This document shows, piece by piece, positions 39,768-51,989 of a stretch of 64,000 nucleotides of DNA (position 1 is its first letter; every line of letters starts with the position of its first letter). The translations under genes were made by a program, and so were the position numbers. Source of the DNA: an uncultured delta proteobacterium (GTDB lineage Bacteria; Desulfobacterota; Binatia; UBA9968); the NCBI GenBank assembly GCA_963771465.1, contig CAVYTU010000014.1, forward strand, positions 672,001 to 736,000, read 5' to 3'. The notes beneath the pieces were generated by a model. The model was given only the letters and a program-made list of their open reading frames with translations, was not told the DNA's origin and searched no databases.

Positions 39768-40082
39768 ATGAGCCGAAGGGAAACGGAATCCGAGCATGGG
39801 CTGGTCACCGAGACCAAGAAGAAGGTAAAACGGCCGCCGCTGTATAAAGTTCTCCTCCATAACGACGATTACACTACTAAAGAGTTTGTCGTCCAGGTCT
39901 TACAGTACGTTTTCCACAAAGAGCAGACCGAAGCGGTGCAGATTATGCTCCATGTGCACAAGAAGGGGATTGGCGTTGCCGGCGTCTATACTTATGAAAT
40001 CGCCGAGACCAAAGTGGAGCTGGTTGAGAACCTGGCGCGCCAGCATGAATATCCACTGAAATGCACGATGGAAGAGGCTTAA
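39768..40082 (+). CDS. clpS: ATP-dependent Clp protease adaptor ClpS
   Basis: YKVLLHNDDYTTKEFV, MLHVH..G, YPL. Confidence 0.96.
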   Translation: MSRRETESEHGLVTETKKKVKRPPLYKVLLHNDDYTTKEFVVQVLQYVFHKEQTEAVQIMLHVHKKGIGVAGVYTYEIAETKVELVENLARQHEYPLKCTMEEA

Positions 40083-40083
40083 G

Positions 40084-42360
<2,277 letters not shown>

Positions 42361-42409
42361 GCCGATTTCTTCGCTACCAATCTGCCAGCCGGTTCTTCCG
42401 CCGCTGTGA

Positions 42410-43672
42410 ATGGAACAGCTGATCCTAACGCTTTTTCTCGCGCTCTTCACGCTCGAGTTCCTCATTGAGTTTGGCCTCAACGAACTCAACCTCCGTCATG
42501 TGCGCGCCTGCTGGGATACCAAAAAGTTGCCGAAAATTTTTACCGGCAAAATAACCGCCGACGAATATGACAAGTCGGTTCAATACACACTGGCCAAAGG
42601 GCGCTTTCAACGTTGGAGCACGGTTTACGATCGGCTGATCACTCTGGTGATTCTCTTTGCCATGCTGGCAGCGCTCGATCGATTCGCTGGCAACCTCGCA
42701 CAGTCGTTTCCCTTGCGAGGATACAGCCAGGGAATTATTTTCTGCCTTACCGTGGGTTTGGTTTTTATCACGACTAGCCTACCGACCGATCTTTATTCGA
42801 CCTTCGGTCTCGAAGCCAAGTTTGGTTTCAATAAAACAACGGTGGGGCTTTTTGTCGCCGACAAGCTCAAAGCGCTGATTCTTGGTTTGCTGATCGGCGT
42901 GCCCTTTCTATTCGTCGTGCTCTGGCTCATGCAAGCAACGGGCGATTACTGGTGGCTTTGGGCGGTCGCCTTTATCTCTGCTTTCCAGCTTTTGATGATC
43001 GTGATTTTTCCGACCTTCATCGCGCCATGGTTCAACAAGTTCGAACCGCTCAAAGAAGGCGAGTTTCGCGAGCGCATTTTGGCCCTCGCCAACCAGATCG
43101 GGTTTACCACCAGCGGTATTTTCACGATGGACGGTTCGAAACGCTCGGCTCATTCCAACGCTTATTTCACCGGCATCGGCAAAGCCAAAAGGATCGTGCT
43201 GTTCGATACCTTGATTGAGCAGATGACGATGGCTCAGGGGCTGGCCGTGCTGGCGCACGAAATGGGTCACTACAAGATGAAACATATTCGGCGCATGCTG
43301 GCCGTGCAGACGATTTTTCTGTTCATTGGGCTTTACCTTTTAAGTGTGCTATTGCAAGCGCCGCTGTTTTTTAGCGCCTTCGGTGTGACGCCTGCCAATC
43401 ACACTGCGCTGGTGCTTTTTAGCCTTGTGTCGGGCCCTGCGACGTTTTATCTCGGCCCGTTGATGAATCGCTTGTCCCGCAAGCATGAGTATGAAGCCGA
43501 CCGCTTCGCGGCGATTACTTTACGGGACGGCACGCCGATGGAAGAAGCTCTGGTTAATCTGACGGTGAAGAATTTATCCAATTTGAACCCGCACCCTTGG
43601 TATTCCGCCTACCATTATTCACACCCGACGGCGGTGGAACGCATCAGTGCAATCCGTCAGGCGACCGCCTGA
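42410..43672 (+). CDS. M48 zinc metalloprotease (Ste24/CAAX prenyl protease-like)
   Basis: DGSKRSAHSNAYFTG, HEMGH, EYEAD, YSHP..VER. Confidence 0.93.
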   Translation: MEQLILTLFLALFTLEFLIEFGLNELNLRHVRACWDTKKLPKIFTGKITADEYDKSVQYTLAKGRFQRWSTVYDRLITLVILFAMLAALDRFAGNLAQSFPLRGYSQGIIFCLTVGLVFITTSLPTDLYSTFGLEAKFGFNKTTVGLFVADKLKALILGLLIGVPFLFVVLWLMQATGDYWWLWAVAFISAFQLLMIVIFPTFIAPWFNKFEPLKEGEFRERILALANQIGFTTSGIFTMDGSKRSAHSNAYFTGIGKAKRIVLFDTLIEQMTMAQGLAVLAHEMGHYKMKHIRRMLAVQTIFLFIGLYLLSVLLQAPLFFSAFGVTPANHTALVLFSLVSGPATFYLGPLMNRLSRKHEYEADRFAAITLRDGTPMEEALVNLTVKNLSNLNPHPWYSAYHYSHPTAVERISAIRQATA

Positions 43673-43719
43673 CGTGAAATTTTTAAGACGAAGATTTTGG
43701 GAATCGAATAGAAAAGAAA

Positions 43720-43796
43720 TGGTCGGGGCGAGTGGATTTGAACCACCGACTTCACGGTCCCGAACCGTGCGCTCTACCAAGCTGAGCCACGCCCCG
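43720..43796 (-). tRNA. tRNA-Pro(CGG)
   Basis: CGGGGCG acceptor stem, anticodon arm CACGG-TTCGGGA-CCGTG, GGTTCAAATCC, encoded CCA; 77 nt. Confidence 0.97.
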
Positions 43797-43853
43797 ATTG
43801 GGTCAAACTAACACACCGCGATGAGAAAACAACTGCTTCGCGAAGCGAGGCGG

Positions 43854-43881
43854 TTCAGATTACAAATTCCAAATTACAGAT
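43854..43881. repeat. Four tandem heptamers
   Basis: TTCAGAT TACAAAT TCCAAAT TACAGAT. Confidence 0.7.
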
Positions 43882-43895
43882 CGGGGTCGGAGGGG

Positions 43896-44561
43896 TTAGG
43901 CTTGGGCCACCGCCTGGCGCATTTGCCGGATCGTATCGGCGTAATGGGGTGTTTTGAAGATTCCAGACCCTGAGACAATCACTTCACCGCCGGCTTGAAC
44001 GACGCGGGCGATATTGTCGGTTTTAATCCCGCCGTCGACCTCGATAAGAATCGGCAAGCGGAGTTGATCGATGTGTTTTCTCATTTCAGTGATTTTCGGC
44101 AAGACATCCGGGATAAACGCTTGACCGCCGAAACCAGGGAAGACCGTCATCATGAGCACCATGTCGATGTCTGCAAAGCAACTCGCAACTTTGCTGAGGG
44201 GTACGTTGGGATTGACCGCCACTGAAGTTTTCGCGCCGAGCTCATGAATCTTTTTCAGCGTGGCATTGGGGTTGGCGCAAGTGTCTGGATGGATGGAAAT
44301 CCAGTCGGCGCCGGCTTTGATAAATTCCGGCGCGTATTTGTCGGGATCGGTAATCATCAGATGGACGTCGACCGGGATCGTCGTCACTTTACGAACCCAT
44401 TCGACCACCACGGGTCCGATGGTGAGGTTGGGCACAAAATGGCCGTCCATGACGTCGACATGGAGCCAGTCGGCGCCGGCGGCTTCGACCGCCTGAATTT
44501 CGTCCTTGAGGCGGCTAAAATCGGCCGATAGAATCGACGGGGCGATTTTCAGCGCTGGCAT
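43896..44561 (-). CDS. rpe: Ribulose-phosphate 3-epimerase
   Basis: APSILSADF, HVDVMDGHFVPN, PGFGGQ, VDGG. Confidence 0.97.
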   Translation of the reverse strand: MPALKIAPSILSADFSRLKDEIQAVEAAGADWLHVDVMDGHFVPNLTIGPVVVEWVRKVTTIPVDVHLMITDPDKYAPEFIKAGADWISIHPDTCANPNATLKKIHELGAKTSVAVNPNVPLSKVASCFADIDMVLMMTVFPGFGGQAFIPDVLPKITEMRKHIDQLRLPILIEVDGGIKTDNIARVVQAGGEVIVSGSGIFKTPHYADTIRQMRQAVAQA

Positions 44562-45926
44562 TTAAGAAACCTTTCTCAGTCGCGCGGCGAAAAAGCCGTC
44601 GGTGTTGTCGCGCTGCGGCAGGGCTTGAAAATAACCGCCGCGCACCATGTGTTTTGCTGCTGCGGGAAGATAACGCGCCGCATCTTCTAACTCAAACTCT
44701 TTGTGTTGGGCGAGAAACGCTTCGACGACCCGCTCGTTCTCCTCGCGCGCAAGCGTGCAAGTGGAATAGACCAGAACGCCGCTTGGCTTGAGATAGCCAG
44801 TCATTCGTTCGAGCATCTTCGCTTGCAGTCCACTTAAGCGGCGAATGTCTTTATCCTGGCGCTGCCATTTGATCTCGGGATGTGATCGCAGGGTGCCGAA
44901 GCCACTGCACGGCGCATCGACGAGAATCCGATCGTAGGGTGCGCCAAGCTCACCCGTCAAAACATTGGTCGCATCGGCTTTGACGACTTGAATCGAACGT
45001 AACTGTAAGCGCGCGATATTCTCACAGATTTTCTCAATCCCACGCGCGGAATTATCCATTGCGATCAATTCGCCTGAGTCCTTCATGAGCTCGGCGATCT
45101 GCGTCGTCTTGCCGCCGGGGGCGGCACAGGCGTCGAGAATTCGTTCGTCGGGCAAAGGCGCGAGTAAATAGGCAACCAACTGTGACGACTCCCCTTGCAC
45201 CTGAAATAGGCCATCGAGGAAGCCCGGCAGATTTTCCACGGCACCGCTGGATTCGATCATGATTCCGTCCGGCGACCACGGTGTCGCTGACGCGGCAGTT
45301 CCTTCCCCCAGCAACCTTGCCAGCAATTCTTCCCGACTGGATTTGAGCCGGTTGACGCGCAGCACCACAGGCGCGCGTTGATTGTTCGCTAGCATCAGCG
45401 CGCAGACTTCGCGCTGACCGAATTCGTCAAGCCAGCGTCCCACCAACCATTCTGGGTGGGAGTATTCCACCGCGAGTGCGGTGACGGAATTGTCCGCCAC
45501 TTTCGCCGCCGTGTTAATTTCGTTCGGCCGTAGTAAATTTCTCAGGACGGCGTTAACGAATCCGGCGGCTTTACTGCCGCGTTGTATTTTCGCCAGTTCC
45601 ACCGCTTCATTGACCGCGGCGTAGTCGGGAATTTTATCGAGATAAAAAAGCTGGTAGACCGTAACGCGCAAAAGATTGCGCACAAAAGCATCGGTGCCGG
45701 TTAAAGAGCGGCTGAGCTGGTGGCTCAAATGCGCATCGATCGTGCCGCGCCAGCGCAGTGTGCCATAGGTCAATTCCGTCAGCAGCGCGCGGTCGCGCTG
45801 GCTGAGAGACGCGCGCTTGAAAGTGTGATCGAGCAGTATGTCGGCGTAGGCTTTTTGGCTATCGACTTTGAGCAGGATCTCGCTGGCGAGCTGGCGTACG
45901 TTTTTCGCGTCAATCGAGACGGTCAC
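44562..45926 (-). CDS. rsmB: 16S rRNA m5C967 methyltransferase RsmB
   Basis: NusB-like N-terminus, DACAAPGGKT, DAPCSG, YSTC; start placed at GTG 45926 (approximate). Confidence 0.95.
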   Translation of the reverse strand: MTVSIDAKNVRQLASEILLKVDSQKAYADILLDHTFKRASLSQRDRALLTELTYGTLRWRGTIDAHLSHQLSRSLTGTDAFVRNLLRVTVYQLFYLDKIPDYAAVNEAVELAKIQRGSKAAGFVNAVLRNLLRPNEINTAAKVADNSVTALAVEYSHPEWLVGRWLDEFGQREVCALMLANNQRAPVVLRVNRLKSSREELLARLLGEGTAASATPWSPDGIMIESSGAVENLPGFLDGLFQVQGESSQLVAYLLAPLPDERILDACAAPGGKTTQIAELMKDSGELIAMDNSARGIEKICENIARLQLRSIQVVKADATNVLTGELGAPYDRILVDAPCSGFGTLRSHPEIKWQRQDKDIRRLSGLQAKMLERMTGYLKPSGVLVYSTCTLAREENERVVEAFLAQHKEFELEDAARYLPAAAKHMVRGGYFQALPQRDNTDGFFAARLRKVS

Positions 45927-46851
45927 CGAGTTTGACCCTCGCGCCTTTGATGAACTCAACGCCGGCAAGCCGTTTTTTGTTTTCCCACTGCACTTCTGCG
46001 AGCGCGACGACGCCGGCCGCCGTGGCGATCCAAAAGCCGCCGCCATCGGCTCTGACGAGTTCACCAGGATTGCCGGTACGCTCAGTGGCGATAATATCCA
46101 CGCGATGGACTTTAAGCAGCTTTCCTCCGGCGTGAGTAAAACTACCGGGCCAGGGATCGAGACCGCGCACGCGCCGCGCGATTTCAAGCGCTGATTTGTT
46201 CCAGTCGATGCGACCGTCTGCTTTTTTGAGTATCGGCGCGCGGGTGGCTAAACTCTCGTCTTGTTCCTGCGCGCTCAATGAACCGTCCTTGATTCGGCGC
46301 AGCGTTTCGATTAACAGACGCGCGCCGATGGGCGTCAACTTCCCTTGCAACGAACCGGTGGTTTCATCACCCGACAGCGCCAGCCGTTCTTGGAGATAGA
46401 TTGCCCCGGCGTCCATTTTTTCCACCAGTTTCATCGTGGTCACGCCGGCTTCGCTCTCGCCATTGATGATCGTCCAGGCGACCGGCGCGGCACCCCGGTA
46501 TTTCGGCAGGAGCGAATAGTGAACGTTGAGGCAACCGTGCGGCGCGAGCTCGAGAATTGTTTTCGGCAGAATGCGGCCGTAGGCAACGACGGCGATAATA
46601 TCCGGACGCCACTTTCTCAGAGCGTCGAGAAACTCCGGCGTGCGAATTTTTTCCGCGGCGATTACCGGAATACTCAGAGCTTCGGCCGCTTTGCGCACCG
46701 GTGATGGCGAAGTCTGTTGGCCTCGTCCCGAGGGCCGATCCGGCTGGGTCACGACGCCAACGACAAGATCGGGCCCATGGACAAGCTCTTCCAGCGTCGC
46801 CGCGGCGATTTGCGGCGTGCCCATGAAAACAATCCGCCACGGCGTTGCCAT
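45910..46851 (-). CDS. fmt: Methionyl-tRNA formyltransferase
   Basis: FMGTP, VTQPDRP.GRG, NVHYSLLPKYRGAAP, MDAG. Confidence 0.96.
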   Translation of the reverse strand: MATPWRIVFMGTPQIAAATLEELVHGPDLVVGVVTQPDRPSGRGQQTSPSPVRKAAEALSIPVIAAEKIRTPEFLDALRKWRPDIIAVVAYGRILPKTILELAPHGCLNVHYSLLPKYRGAAPVAWTIINGESEAGVTTMKLVEKMDAGAIYLQERLALSGDETTGSLQGKLTPIGARLLIETLRRIKDGSLSAQEQDESLATRAPILKKADGRIDWNKSALEIARRVRGLDPWPGSFTHAGGKLLKVHRVDIIATERTGNPGELVRADGGGFWIATAAGVVALAEVQWENKKRLAGVEFIKGARVKLGDRLD

Positions 46852-46906
46852 TGAAAAACCTTCCGACTGAAATATTGGGGATTTCCAGCGATGAACGGAG
46901 CGGCGA

Positions 46907-47449
46907 TTAGATCATCACCCGCGCGCTTTCCTTCGCCGGCTCCGTGCCATCGCGGAGCATTTTTTTTCGTCGGCGCGCGTAGAGATCGTGCTTCAAGCGG
47001 CTGATGCGGTCGATGAAAAGTTTACCGTCGAGGTGATCGATCTCATGTTGCAAGGCGACCGCGAGCAAGCCTTCGGCTTCGATTTTTATTTCTTTTTCAT
47101 TTTCATCGATGGCGCTGACTTGCACCTGGGCGGCGCGCTTCACCTCGGCGGTGAAGTCGACTACGCTTAAGCAGCCCTCTTCCCAAATGACCTCGCCTTC
47201 GGCATGGGTAATCACCGGATTGATTAATTTATAGACTAACTTGCGCGGGTTCTCGTGGTCGACGTCAAGGACGATCACCCGGTGAGACGCCCCTACCTGC
47301 GGCGCTGCGAGCCCAACGCCGGGTGCGGCGTACATGGTGTCCAGCAAGTCATTGACGAGCTGCATGGTTTTGCCGTTGACGTTTTTCACCGGCGCGGCAA
47401 CTTTGCCGAGCGCGGGCGCGGGGAATTTGAGAATTTCTAAGATTGCCAT
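46907..47449 (-). CDS. def: Peptide deformylase
   Basis: GVGLAAPQVG, EGCLS, QHEIDHLDG. Confidence 0.97.
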   Translation of the reverse strand: MAILEILKFPAPALGKVAAPVKNVNGKTMQLVNDLLDTMYAAPGVGLAAPQVGASHRVIVLDVDHENPRKLVYKLINPVITHAEGEVIWEEGCLSVVDFTAEVKRAAQVQVSAIDENEKEIKIEAEGLLAVALQHEIDHLDGKLFIDRISRLKHDLYARRRKKMLRDGTEPAKESARVMI

Positions 47450-47464
47450 GGCTGCGTAAAAAAT

Positions 47465-49768
47465 TCATAACATACTGTAGGGATCGACATCAATGTGGAG
47501 GCGCAGGTTGGGAGCCCGTGGCAGCAGCGCGCGCGCGTGGCGGGCAAAGTCGAGCAACGCCGTGCTTTGCTTGCCTTTGAGCAATAGCTGCCAGCGAAAC
47601 CGGTTGCGCAGTTTTTCGATGGGTGCCGGCGCCGGACCGAGCACTTCGATCTGGTCGCGAAATTTTGCCGTGCCAGTCTGCAACTCGCGCAACCCCGCGG
47701 CCAATTCCCGCGCGCGCTGTTCCACTTCACTCATCTTCGGACCGTCGAGGCGGAGATTAACCAGCCGGCCATACGGTGGATAACTCAAAGCGCGACGAAA
47801 TTCACTCTCGGCAGCGAAGAATCCCTTGTAGTCATGAGCGACTAGAAATTCGAGGGCGTAGTGATCCGGCGCGTAAGTTTGAATGATTACTCGCCCAGGA
47901 TCGTCGCCGCGCCCAGAGCGGCCGCCGACTTGGCTCAAGAGTTGAAACGTCCGCTCAGCGGCGCGGAAGTCGGGCAAGTTGAGCGACAAATCCGCCAACA
48001 ATGCGCCGACCAATGTGACGCCGGCGACGTCATGTCCTTTAGTGATCATTTGAGTGCCGACGAGAATATCGAGGTCGCCTCTTTCCCAGCGGCGAATTAA
48101 GGCTTCTTGTGAACCACGCTTTGTGGTGGTGTCACGATCCATGCGTGCGATGCGCGCCTCGGGTATGAGCTGCTGAAGGGTTGTTTCAACCTGTTCGGTG
48201 CCGACGCCCACCGCGATCAGCGATTCGTTTTTGCACTCCGGGCAAGTGTTAGTTGTCGGCCGGCGATAATCGCAGTGGTGACAGCTGAGCAGCTGGCGTT
48301 TAAGGTGAAGCGTAAGCGTCACGCTACAGTAGGGACAACGCCACACGTGACCGCACAATGTGCATTGGAGAAAATTGGCGAAGCCGCGGCGGTTCAAGAA
48401 AATAAGCGTCTGGTGTTTTGCCGCGAAATTTTGCCGCAACAAATCGACGAATCTCTCGGAGACTAAGGGTCGATCGTTGGTCTTCGCGGACGCGATGTTT
48501 GCCCGGCTGCGTACGCCGCCGGGGGCGTTGGACATACGGAGCTCTTGGCGTAAGTCGATCAGTTCGATCGCTGGCATGGGCCATTCTTCAACCCGCTGGT
48601 TGAGCTCGATGAGTCGATAGCGGCCCTGGCAGCAGTTCTCATAGCTCTCCAGCGCCGGAGTTGCCGAGCCCAAGACCACCGGGCAGTGCAAAAGTTTGCC
48701 GCGCACCACGGCGACGTCGCGGCCATTGTAGCGTAGGCCGTCTTCCTGTTTGTAAGATGAATCATGCTCCTCGTCGACGATGATCAGCCCGAGATCGGCT
48801 ATCGGCGCAAACACTGCTGAACGGGCGCCGATCACGACATCGACGTTGCCACCAATGATCTGCCACCATTGGGTCCAGCGCTGGGCTGCTGTCATGGCGC
48901 TATGAAGAACACCGACTCTGCCGGGAAAACGCGCGTTGACACGATCCAAAAGTTGCGGCGTTAACGAGATTTCCGGGACGATGATTAGGCTGCGCCGTCC
49001 GAGGGCGCGCGTTTGAGCGATGGCGCGCAGATAGATTTCGGTTTTGCCGCTCGCGGTGACGCCGTGAAGCAAGAAAGTCTCAAAGCCGCCTTGTGTTACG
49101 CGCTCGCCGATAGCGCCAAGAGCAATTTCTTGCTCCGTGGTTAACTGAAACCTCAGCGGTTCGGCTTCGATGGCCGTTTCTTTTAACCCAGACGATTCAC
49201 TGACCTTGCGCCGCTGCTTAGCCAGATGATCCTCAATTGTGAGGGTGCCAGCGGATTCGAGTTGCGCCAATACACGCTCGAGGTTTTCTCCAGGGAACCT
49301 TCGCGTCAGTGTTTTGACGGCTAATTTTCCTTTGTGTTGGGCAATTTCCTGTAACACCTTGCGTCCCAATTTGTCTGACACCAAGGCATCGTCTCCACTG
49401 AGCACCACCGTTCTTTTGCTTTCTCGGCGCGAATTGGGCGGCAGCATGGTCGCTAGCACTTCGCCGAGCGAAACCAGATAGTATTGAGAGATCCAATGAG
49501 CGAGCTTGAGTAGCTCGGCATCGAGAATCGGTTGATCATCCAGCGCGGCGAAAATATTTTTGGCTGCCGCCAGCGGATTTTCCGCCAGCATTTCGATTAC
49601 AATGCCAGTCGTTGTGCGCTTCTGTAGCGGAATTAAGACTCTCGTTCCAGGAGCGATTTGGGTTTCGAGAGATTGCGGGATGCCATAGATCAGCGGCTGC
49701 CTGAGCGGAGATGGTATGACGACCCGGACAAACTTCTGCGGTTCGTGCATCGTTAAAGCTGTATCCAT
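47465..49768 (-). CDS. priA: Primosomal protein N'
   Basis: GVTASGKT, DEEH, LNRRG, four CxxC, QVGGRSGR. Confidence 0.96.
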   Translation of the reverse strand: MDTALTMHEPQKFVRVVIPSPLRQPLIYGIPQSLETQIAPGTRVLIPLQKRTTTGIVIEMLAENPLAAAKNIFAALDDQPILDAELLKLAHWISQYYLVSLGEVLATMLPPNSRRESKRTVVLSGDDALVSDKLGRKVLQEIAQHKGKLAVKTLTRRFPGENLERVLAQLESAGTLTIEDHLAKQRRKVSESSGLKETAIEAEPLRFQLTTEQEIALGAIGERVTQGGFETFLLHGVTASGKTEIYLRAIAQTRALGRRSLIIVPEISLTPQLLDRVNARFPGRVGVLHSAMTAAQRWTQWWQIIGGNVDVVIGARSAVFAPIADLGLIIVDEEHDSSYKQEDGLRYNGRDVAVVRGKLLHCPVVLGSATPALESYENCCQGRYRLIELNQRVEEWPMPAIELIDLRQELRMSNAPGGVRSRANIASAKTNDRPLVSERFVDLLRQNFAAKHQTLIFLNRRGFANFLQCTLCGHVWRCPYCSVTLTLHLKRQLLSCHHCDYRRPTTNTCPECKNESLIAVGVGTEQVETTLQQLIPEARIARMDRDTTTKRGSQEALIRRWERGDLDILVGTQMITKGHDVAGVTLVGALLADLSLNLPDFRAAERTFQLLSQVGGRSGRGDDPGRVIIQTYAPDHYALEFLVAHDYKGFFAAESEFRRALSYPPYGRLVNLRLDGPKMSEVEQRARELAAGLRELQTGTAKFRDQIEVLGPAPAPIEKLRNRFRWQLLLKGKQSTALLDFARHARALLPRAPNLRLHIDVDPYSML

Positions 49769-49970
49769 CGTCTATGGCAAAATCAACCTGGAAAATTTTG
49801 TTAGCCGTGGTGGGGTTTGTTCATTTTTGTGCCCTAAAGAATCAAACTGGGCTGCTTTAAGGATTCATTAGACTTACCGAAGCTACTGATTATACGCGAT
49901 AAGTTGACTGTGATGGGCGGAATCGGGTCGGTGGCAATGGGATTGCTATACTCATCCCTATCAAAAGCAA

Positions 49971-50036
49971 TAATTATGCATAATTAATAATAATTTAAGT
50001 TGACTTGGAATGGCCGATTGGGTAATTCCAAAGTCA
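49971..50036. promoter_or_regulatory. Palindromic operator-like sites and -35 box upstream of the XRE-HTH/pil operon
   Basis: Perfect 16-bp palindrome TAATTATGCATAATTA (49971-49986); TTGACT at 50000; imperfect IR TGACTTGGAAT/ATTCCAAAGTCA. Confidence 0.55.
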
Positions 50037-50073
50037 CCCCACTTCTAGTACCTTTCACCGAAGGCTGGCAGCG

Positions 50074-50274
50074 ATGGAAGAGCACAATAACGTTAAAAAA
50101 ATTCGCGAAGCGAAAATGCTAAGCAGGTCTGAATTGGCGCGCTTAGCTGGAATCTCTCCATTGACCCTCCAGCGCATCGAAAAAGGCAAAGATTGTCGCA
50201 TGGCGACAAAACGGAAGATTCTTCTAGCTTTAGGCCTCTCCATTGAGCAGAAGCACACGCTCTTCAAGCAATAA
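50074..50274 (+). CDS. XRE-family helix-turn-helix protein heading the pilM operon
   Basis: VKKIREAKMLSRSELARLAGISPLTLQRIEKG. Confidence 0.9.
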   Translation: MEEHNNVKKIREAKMLSRSELARLAGISPLTLQRIEKGKDCRMATKRKILLALGLSIEQKHTLFKQ

Positions 50275-50277
50275 CCC

Positions 50278-51378
50278 ATGGCACCCTTCTGGAATAGTAT
50301 GAATTTGGGATTCTTAAAGTCGCTCGGTAGCAGTGACGGCTGCGTTGCGCTCGATATCGGTTCCAGCTCGATCAAAATGGTTGAAGCTGGCCTCGATAAG
50401 GATGGCTACCGCGTTCTCAAGCTGGGGATTCAGGCGCTTCCTGAGAACGCGATCCAAAATAACATGGTGGTCGACACCAAAACGGTCGCAGAGGCGGTCA
50501 AGCAGCTGATCAAAGATAACGGGGTTAGAGCAAAACGGGTCATCGCTGCGGTACCCGGCCGCGCCGTCATCATGAAAAAAGTTCAGATGCCCAAGCAAGA
50601 ATCGGCCGAACTAGAAGCCAATATTGAATTTGAAGCGCAAAACGTCATCCCGGAAAATTTGGAAAACGTCAATCTCGATCATCAGGTGTTAAGCCAAACC
50701 GACGATGGCAACAAGATGGACGTGCTGTTGGTCGCGGTAAAAAAAGAGATCGTCAACAGTTATACCGATGTGATCGAGCAGGCCGGCCTCGAAGCGGCGG
50801 TCATGGATGTCGATTATTTCGCCTTGGAAAACATGTACGAGGCTAACTATGGCGGCGAGGGTGTTAATGGAGTCGTCGGATTGATTCATATCGGCGCGCA
50901 GAACACCTGCATTAGCTTACTGCAAAATGGCATTTCGACCTTCACCGGCGATCTTTCGATTGGCGGAGCTTATTTCACCGATGCACTGGCATCCCAGACA
51001 GGGCTCACCGCAGCCGCCGCGGAAAATTTTAAACTGACAGGCGTGGCTGAGGAGAAAAAGGGGCTGGATCTGGCCTCACTGATGCAGGCCACCGCCGAGG
51101 AGTTAGCCGAGGAAATTCGTCGAACGGTAAGTCTCTACGGCATCGTGCCGTCGGACGATGTCGACGGTCTAAAGATGATTTATCTGAGCGGCGGGGGCGC
51201 CAAACTGATGGGTTTGCGCACCTTGCTCGAAGATCGCATCGGCGTGCCGGTGCGGCTCAGCGAGCCATTCAAAAGCTTCAGTATTAATAAAAATATTGAC
51301 CGTGAGTATTTGCTCGAAGCGGCGCCGAGTTTTGCGGTCGCTGCTGGCCTAACGATTCGCCGGCCGGGGGATCGATGA
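50278..51378 (+). CDS. pilM: Type IV pilus assembly protein PilM
   Basis: LDIGSSSIK actin-like motif, LLVAVKK, LSGGGA. Confidence 0.95.
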   Translation: MAPFWNSMNLGFLKSLGSSDGCVALDIGSSSIKMVEAGLDKDGYRVLKLGIQALPENAIQNNMVVDTKTVAEAVKQLIKDNGVRAKRVIAAVPGRAVIMKKVQMPKQESAELEANIEFEAQNVIPENLENVNLDHQVLSQTDDGNKMDVLLVAVKKEIVNSYTDVIEQAGLEAAVMDVDYFALENMYEANYGGEGVNGVVGLIHIGAQNTCISLLQNGISTFTGDLSIGGAYFTDALASQTGLTAAAAENFKLTGVAEEKKGLDLASLMQATAEELAEEIRRTVSLYGIVPSDDVDGLKMIYLSGGGAKLMGLRTLLEDRIGVPVRLSEPFKSFSINKNIDREYLLEAAPSFAVAAGLTIRRPGDR

Positions 51379-51989
51379 TTCGCATCAACCTGTTACCGTT
51401 CAAGCAACTTGAAGCCGAAGTCACGCGGCGCCGGGAGCTTTCCATCGGCGCGGTGGTCCTGGGATCGTCCGTGCTCATGCTCGCCGCTGTGCATTTCTAC
51501 CAGTCCTATCAAATGTCGCAGCTCGAAACTGAGCTTGTCGAATTGCGCAGTGAGTTACAATCACTCAATACGAAAATCAAGGAAGTCGGCGATCTGCAAA
51601 ACAAGATCAAAGATTTGCGCGGTAAGAATAAGATCATCGCCGATCTCAACCAGAAAAAAAGCGGGCCAGTGCAGGTGATGGAGAATCTCGCCGTTGCAAC
51701 GCCGACAACCCTGTGGCTCACGGATCTGAAAGAATCCGGCGGCAATGTAGTGCTAAACGGCCTTGCCGCCGACCACAAGACGGTGGCGGATTTTATCAGC
51801 GGATTGGAAGCGTCGAAGTATTTCAAAGGCGTCGAGCTTGTCGAAACGGCGCAAGGCACCGGTCCGACCGGCGGCTTCAAAAGATTTTCAATTAAGACCA
51901 GCGTGTTGTACCAGCCCGCTCAAGTCGCGCCCGTCGACGCAAAAACGAAAACCACTCCGGCAGCAAAGAAACAGGAGAAGCAGGGGTGA
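51375..51989 (+). CDS. pilN: Type IV pilus assembly protein PilN
   Basis: MIRINLLP motif, TM, coiled coil. Confidence 0.93.
   Translation: MIRINLLPFKQLEAEVTRRRELSIGAVVLGSSVLMLAAVHFYQSYQMSQLETELVELRSELQSLNTKIKEVGDLQNKIKDLRGKNKIIADLNQKKSGPVQVMENLAVATPTTLWLTDLKESGGNVVLNGLAADHKTVADFISGLEASKYFKGVELVETAQGTGPTGGFKRFSIKTSVLYQPAQVAPVDAKTKTTPAAKKQEKQG

Noticed and set aside
43680-43800. tRNA-Pro as an island integration site
   Set aside because: No integrase nearby and no duplicated tRNA 3' end noticed; flanks are housekeeping genes
45927-46187. Long N-terminal extension of rsmB in the ORF track
   Set aside because: Overlaps fmt in another frame; RsmB similarity starts near 45926
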